Assembly: GCA_963764625.1 (NCBI GenBank) | Contig: CAVXTH010000007.1 | Span: 64,001-128,000 of the forward strand | Direction of reading: 5' to 3' | DNA: 64,000 bases | Source of the DNA: Candidatus Krumholzibacteriota bacterium | GTDB taxonomy: Bacteria > Krumholzibacteriota > Krumholzibacteriia > JAJRXK01 | Part shown: positions 62,193-64,000 of the stretch, one piece after another | Layout of the letters: each line of letters opens with the position of its first letter | How positions within the stretch are numbered: position 1 is the stretch's first letter | Made by a program: the position numbers and the translations under genes | The notes under the pieces: generated by a model | Told to the model about the DNA's origin: nothing | The model's database searches: none | The model's input: the letters and a program-made list of their open reading frames with translations, nothing else

Positions 62193-63260
62193 ATGGGCCG
62201 GATCAAGAACATCTTGGTAGTTGGAACGGGTACCATCGGCGAACCGCTGATCGGTCTCCTCACCACGCTCAAGAAGGAACTCGGACTCGACGAAGTCCGG
62301 TTTCACAAGAGGACTCCCCTACTCACCGACCGGTCCAAAGTGAAGGACCTCATCCGCCGCGGTGCGGCCCTGGTCGCTGATGCCGATCGCCACGAAGACT
62401 TCCGTGAAATCGGCCTGGAACCCCAGTATCGCACCCGGGACGCCCTGGAAGACGCCTCGGTCGTCGTCGACTGCACGCCGGCGGGTAACAAGATGAAGGA
62501 GAAGTACTACAACGATCACGCGAGCAACACCGAACTCTTCATCGCGCAGGGCAGCGAATTCGGCTTCGGAAAGATGTATGCCCGCGGCATCAACGACAGT
62601 ACGCTCGTCCCCGGCGAAGACCGTTTCATCCAGGTCGTTTCGTGCAATACCCACAATCTCTCGGTTCTGGTGCAGGTCCTGGCCCTCAACGAGGGAGCGG
62701 ACAACCTCGAGCAGGGGCGTTTCGTGTGCATCCGGCGCGCGAACGATCTGAGCCAGGACGACAAGTTCATTCCCTCGCCCGAGGTGGGACGCCACAAGGA
62801 TGAGCGCTTCGGCACCCATCACGCCCGCGATGCGTTTCATCTCTTTCAAACCCTGGGCCATGACCTGAATATCTATTCCTCGGCGATGAAGTTGAACACG
62901 CAGTTCATGCACGTCATTCACTTCAGCCTGCGTCTGAAGCGGGCCACGACTCTGGAGAGGATTCGTCAGCACATCCAAGCGAACGACCGCGTGGCGACCA
63001 CCTACAAGCACACCGCCAATTCCATCTTCTCGTTCGGTCGCGATCACGGGTTCTTCGGGCGCATCCTGAACCAGACCGTCATCCCCATGGACACTCTGGC
63101 TCTGAACTCCGGCGGACACGAGCTGGTTGGATTCTGCTTCACGCCCCAAGACGGCAACTCGATTCTCTCATCGATCGCCGCCAGCGCTTGGGGTCTGGAC
63201 CCGGAGAATTACGAGAAGCGGATTCAGGCTCTCTCGCCCTACTTCTTCAGCGAGGTCTGA
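62193..63260 (+). CDS. Archaeal-type (type II) glyceraldehyde-3-phosphate dehydrogenase homologue
   Basis: VVGTGTIG, VVDCTP, AQGSE, catalytic VVSCNT, RRAND, HHARD and MHV; extended -10 TGTTAGAAT upstream. Confidence 0.7.
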   Translation: MGRIKNILVVGTGTIGEPLIGLLTTLKKELGLDEVRFHKRTPLLTDRSKVKDLIRRGAALVADADRHEDFREIGLEPQYRTRDALEDASVVVDCTPAGNKMKEKYYNDHASNTELFIAQGSEFGFGKMYARGINDSTLVPGEDRFIQVVSCNTHNLSVLVQVLALNEGADNLEQGRFVCIRRANDLSQDDKFIPSPEVGRHKDERFGTHHARDAFHLFQTLGHDLNIYSSAMKLNTQFMHVIHFSLRLKRATTLERIRQHIQANDRVATTYKHTANSIFSFGRDHGFFGRILNQTVIPMDTLALNSGGHELVGFCFTPQDGNSILSSIAASAWGLDPENYEKRIQALSPYFFSEV

Positions 63261-63275
63261 TCAGGGGCTCTTCGA

Positions 63276-64000
63276 TCAGCCGGCGGTCAGTTTCGCGTAC
63301 AGTTTCTTGGCGCGCTTCATTCCCGGATGGTCGTCGTCCGCGTGCCGCATGACTTGCATGTAGCGCGCGAGATAATCCATGGCCTGCTCGCTGCGGCCGA
63401 GCTTGTCCGAGGCTTCCGCACCCATCAGATTCAGGAAGGGGAAGTCGGGGATCTCGTTCGAGATCGCCGCGACCTGGGCCAGGCTCTTGTCGTACTCGCT
63501 CGCCTTGTAGTACACCCGCGCGAGTCCGTATCGCCAGTATGCGAGCTCGTGGGGCGGCAGGTGCGAGGCATCCATTTTGGCGGCCAACTCCGCCGCTTCC
63601 GCCGCGAATTTGCGCCCTCTCGCCTGATCCAGGGATGCCCCGAGCAGTCCTCCGATGAGTTGGCCCACCTCGTCCTGACGGCCTTTCACGTCCGAGGGGG
63701 AGCTGTCCATCATGCTCCGCCAGGCCGACTCGAGCGTGTTCATCGTCGCTTCGGCTTCGTCGAGCCGCTTGAGCGCCAGCAGAGCGAACGCACGGAAAGT
63801 GTTGACGTTCACCGCGGTGCCCAGGTAGCTGGGGCTCTTCGGGTCGACCTCGGCCAGGATCTCATCGGCCATGGAAACGACGCCCTCGAAGTTGTAGCCC
63901 AGATCCTCCACCCTCAGCTTCTGCACGTCGAGGTAGCGCGTGTTGATGTTCTGCTTCTTCATCGCCGCCTCGGCCTGTCCGAGCGTGTAGCGAGCGCGCT
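63276..64000 (-). CDS. TPR-containing protein, C-terminal part (start lies beyond the window)
   Basis: Frame is open to the window edge; TPR-like YGLARVYYKASEYDKSL and LGRSEQAMDYL. Confidence 0.65.
   Translation of the reverse strand, partial: RARYTLGQAEAAMKKQNINTRYLDVQKLRVEDLGYNFEGVVSMADEILAEVDPKSPSYLGTAVNVNTFRAFALLALKRLDEAEATMNTLESAWRSMMDSSPSDVKGRQDEVGQLIGGLLGASLDQARGRKFAAEAAELAAKMDASHLPPHELAYWRYGLARVYYKASEYDKSLAQVAAISNEIPDFPFLNLMGAEASDKLGRSEQAMDYLARYMQVMRHADDDHPGMKRAKKLYAKLTAG

Overview
High-GC bacterial chromosomal window, almost fully coding, with no CRISPR array, rRNA, tRNA, integrase or transposase that I can see. FlgD-Ig/T9SS-like 'PNPFNP' C-terminal domains and the outer-membrane proteins suggest a diderm FCB-group lineage such as Krumholzibacteriota/Eisenbacteria/Latescibacterota (inference, low confidence). 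Housekeeping genes: rnd (partial), PPi-type pfk, ybbN-like thioredoxin, lipA, proS, pdxST, alaS, sat-cysC, truA, htrA, purB-purL-purQ-(purS-like)-purF, rne/rng. Accessory modules: (1) a cobalamin-riboswitch-controlled TonB receptor plus a beta-propeller that carries an FlgD/T9SS-like tail; (2) an NtrB/NtrC-type two-component pair followed by tandem TGT-N10-ACA enhancer boxes and a sigma54-like promoter, ahead of an uncharacterised four-repeat helical secreted protein and an outer-membrane barrel, which is my best candidate for an undescribed system; (3) a PNAG operon (pgaD-C-A plus an IcaB-type deacetylase) behind a sigma54-like promoter; (4) a LemA/TPM/TPM operon; (5) a PAPS synthase facing a sulfotransferase. 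Unusual enzymes: a probable tandem PurS-like protein, a radical-SAM relic with no CxxxCxxC fused to a TIGR03936-like domain, a degenerate transaldolase and an archaeal-type GAPDH homologue. Four apparent single-base frameshifts (two in the M6 protease, two in a TPM gene) look like assembly errors. All calls come from motif recognition by eye; no database search was run.
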